A stretch of 64,000 nucleotides of DNA from Hyalangium minutum (GTDB lineage: Bacteria > Myxococcota > Myxococcia > Myxococcales > Myxococcaceae): assembly GCF_000737315.1 (NCBI RefSeq), contig NZ_JMCB01000034.1, positions 62,001 through 126,000 of the forward strand, read 5' to 3'. Below are positions 62,184 through 64,000 of the stretch, in pieces. The notes beneath the pieces were generated by a model. It saw only the letters and a program-made list of their open reading frames with translations. It did not search any database and had not been told where the DNA came from. The stretch's first letter is position 1, and every line of letters starts with the position of its first letter. A program made the translations under genes and the position numbers.

Positions 62184-62266
62184 GTTCCCCCACGTCTGAC
62201 ACCCTGTGCCAGGAGACGGCGGATGCTTCGCCGTCTCCCTCCCACTTGAATGGAGCGACAGCCCCT

Positions 62267-63919
62267 TTACCGGGTGGAGACGTTGTTCCAGGCCGTGTGG
62301 ATGCGGTACCTGCCATCGCTCGCCGGATTGGTCCATGCGAGAACGGACCATCCCGCCTGGTCGGTCACGAGGCCGACCGAGCCCCAGTGACTGGGGCCAA
62401 TGATGTCGAACGGCCCCGCCTCGGTCCTCCAGGCCGTGTCTCCTGAACCGAGCGCAGAGACCCGAAGCTCGAAGTCCCCTCCGGCCCGGGGTTGCTCCCA
62501 GGCCAGGAAGAGCGTGGAGCCACTCACGGCGAGCTTCTTCGGGAAGGCCCAGTTCTCCGCCGCGAGCCTGGGCAGATCGCTCCAGTCCGTCCCCGTCCAC
62601 ACCTTCACGAGAATTCCGTCGTTCGCAGGCGAGCTGTAGGCCACGACGGGCCGCCCCTGCGCGTCCACGCTGAGCATGGGTCGCTCATAGCCAATTCCCG
62701 GGAAGGACTCCCCCAGCTGCACCCAGCCCTCAGGGCTCCAGGCGACGACACGCACGGAGGCCGTACCGGCAGCGGTCCGCTCGAGCCACGCGAAGACCGG
62801 CCGCCCCGCTCCGTCCACAACCACCTGCGGCTCCGTGGTGAGCCCGCTCTCGGGCCCGCAGGGCATCCCGGTGAGTTCCTCGAGCGTTCCGTTGACCACA
62901 CGGCCGGCATGCTGGCAGCGGTACTCCTGCGCCGGCTGCCAGCCAAGCGCCATCATGCCGCCCGGACCTATCGCGAGCCCGACATTCCACGTCCACGTGG
63001 AGAACGGCATGGTGGCGATGGGGTCACCCCAGACGTCGTTCACCAACCGGTGCACGTGGATGCCGTGATGGGCGGCGTACGCGATGCCATCGGGCGCGGT
63101 CGCCAGCGCCACCGCGCCGGTGTTCGACTCGACGCGGGCGGCTGGGCCGCTCTTGCAGAGAGATCCAAAGGCAATCGCGGGAGTCTCTTGTCCGGGAACA
63201 GCCTCCTGGTAGGCCATGACGATCTCCGAGCCGCTGCGCGCAATCGTCATCTCGCTCGAGCCCGGTGAGTCGGGGCGCAGCCCCTCCACGAGCCGAGGAA
63301 CTTCGAGCCCCCAGGGACCTTCGCTCAGGACGTTGCCGAACTCGTCGGTGGCCATTATCGAGATGTTCCAGGAGGTAGGCAGCGCGGCAGGCACGGCAGG
63401 GAAGATGAGCAACTTGCGGCCGCCGAGCAGCACAAGGCTTGCGGGAACGGAGGCGCCTGCCCCATCCCGAACGGTGACGGAGAGGGAGTCCGGAACAATG
63501 ATCTCCGAGAACTCGGCGGCAATGCCACACGCCCGCGTGAAGGGCTCACCGGCCTGGGGCCACCGCGCCACGATCTTCGGGGCCGTGGCGTCGCGGGTAA
63601 AGCTCACACGGCGCTCCAGCTGAGGGCGCTCGCCGTTCACGTTGAAGAATGCGACGGCGGTGAGCTCGTGGGCACCGTCGGCCAGTTGCCGCAGATCGAG
63701 CTCATGGGTGTACGGCGAGGACAGGCGGGCGACGATCTCGCCGTCCAGAGACAGGTCGATAAAGGCCGCCGCAGGCGCCGTCTGGAGCTGAACGGTGAGC
63801 CGCTCGCCCAGGGTGCTGTTCTCCACCGGAGAGACGAACTCGAGCGAACCGGTGAATTCCTCCTGCTTCGAGCAGGCGACGAGCATGCCCAGCCAGGCAA
63901 CCATCAGGATGCGATACAC
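62267..63919 (-). CDS. Lipoprotein with Ig-like domains and a probable beta-propeller
   Basis: Lipobox LVAC; 'P(Y)THELDL.QLADGAHELTAVA' Ig-like, 'DATAPKIVARWP' Ig-like, then repeated beta units. Confidence 0.7.
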   Translation of the reverse strand: MYRILMVAWLGMLVACSKQEEFTGSLEFVSPVENSTLGERLTVQLQTAPAAAFIDLSLDGEIVARLSSPYTHELDLRQLADGAHELTAVAFFNVNGERPQLERRVSFTRDATAPKIVARWPQAGEPFTRACGIAAEFSEIIVPDSLSVTVRDGAGASVPASLVLLGGRKLLIFPAVPAALPTSWNISIMATDEFGNVLSEGPWGLEVPRLVEGLRPDSPGSSEMTIARSGSEIVMAYQEAVPGQETPAIAFGSLCKSGPAARVESNTGAVALATAPDGIAYAAHHGIHVHRLVNDVWGDPIATMPFSTWTWNVGLAIGPGGMMALGWQPAQEYRCQHAGRVVNGTLEELTGMPCGPESGLTTEPQVVVDGAGRPVFAWLERTAAGTASVRVVAWSPEGWVQLGESFPGIGYERPMLSVDAQGRPVVAYSSPANDGILVKVWTGTDWSDLPRLAAENWAFPKKLAVSGSTLFLAWEQPRAGGDFELRVSALGSGDTAWRTEAGPFDIIGPSHWGSVGLVTDQAGWSVLAWTNPASDGRYRIHTAWNNVSTR

Positions 63920-64000
63920 GGGAGTCCCCCATTCAAGATGCGCCGCGCTCTCTTCGCACGGAGCGAGCGGCGCAGCCAGGAGAACCCTCCACTCATCGAC

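Overview
GC-rich myxobacterial chromosome segment (inferred Cystobacterineae/Archangiaceae-like, from family content such as TIGR02265/TIGR02266-type proteins, FHA-sigma54 activator and STYK-TPR kinase). About 50 real genes; most very long ORFs in the track are antisense shadows. No rRNA, tRNA, CRISPR, integrase or transposase was seen. The core stretch (1-33 kb) has a PP2C/TPR/binding-protein operon, 2-oxoacid dehydrogenase E1 alpha/beta, ppc, an RND pump, a secreted lipase-like/DUF4785 pair, a DAC-like protein, a helicase and fumA. Main result: a 16,447-bp block (31760-48206) is flanked by two diverged 1,395-bp copies of the fumA 3' part and ends in a 107-bp copy of the ocd 3' end located 3.4 kb downstream. 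This is the pattern expected if a circularised fumA-to-ocd segment from a related strain integrated by single crossover. The cargo is a coherent, apparently uncharacterised secreted system: a vitellogenin/MTP-like lipid-transfer-module protein, a beta-rich partner, a Hedgehog-type Hint autoprocessing protein, a membrane-anchored helper, a subtilisin and a 14-repeat RCC1 lipoprotein. It also carries a Ser/Thr kinase and an FHA-sigma54 activator, and two candidate sigma54 promoters share TGATAAC-N4-GTTATCA-like upstream boxes. Functional assignments rest on motif recognition by eye, not on database searches.
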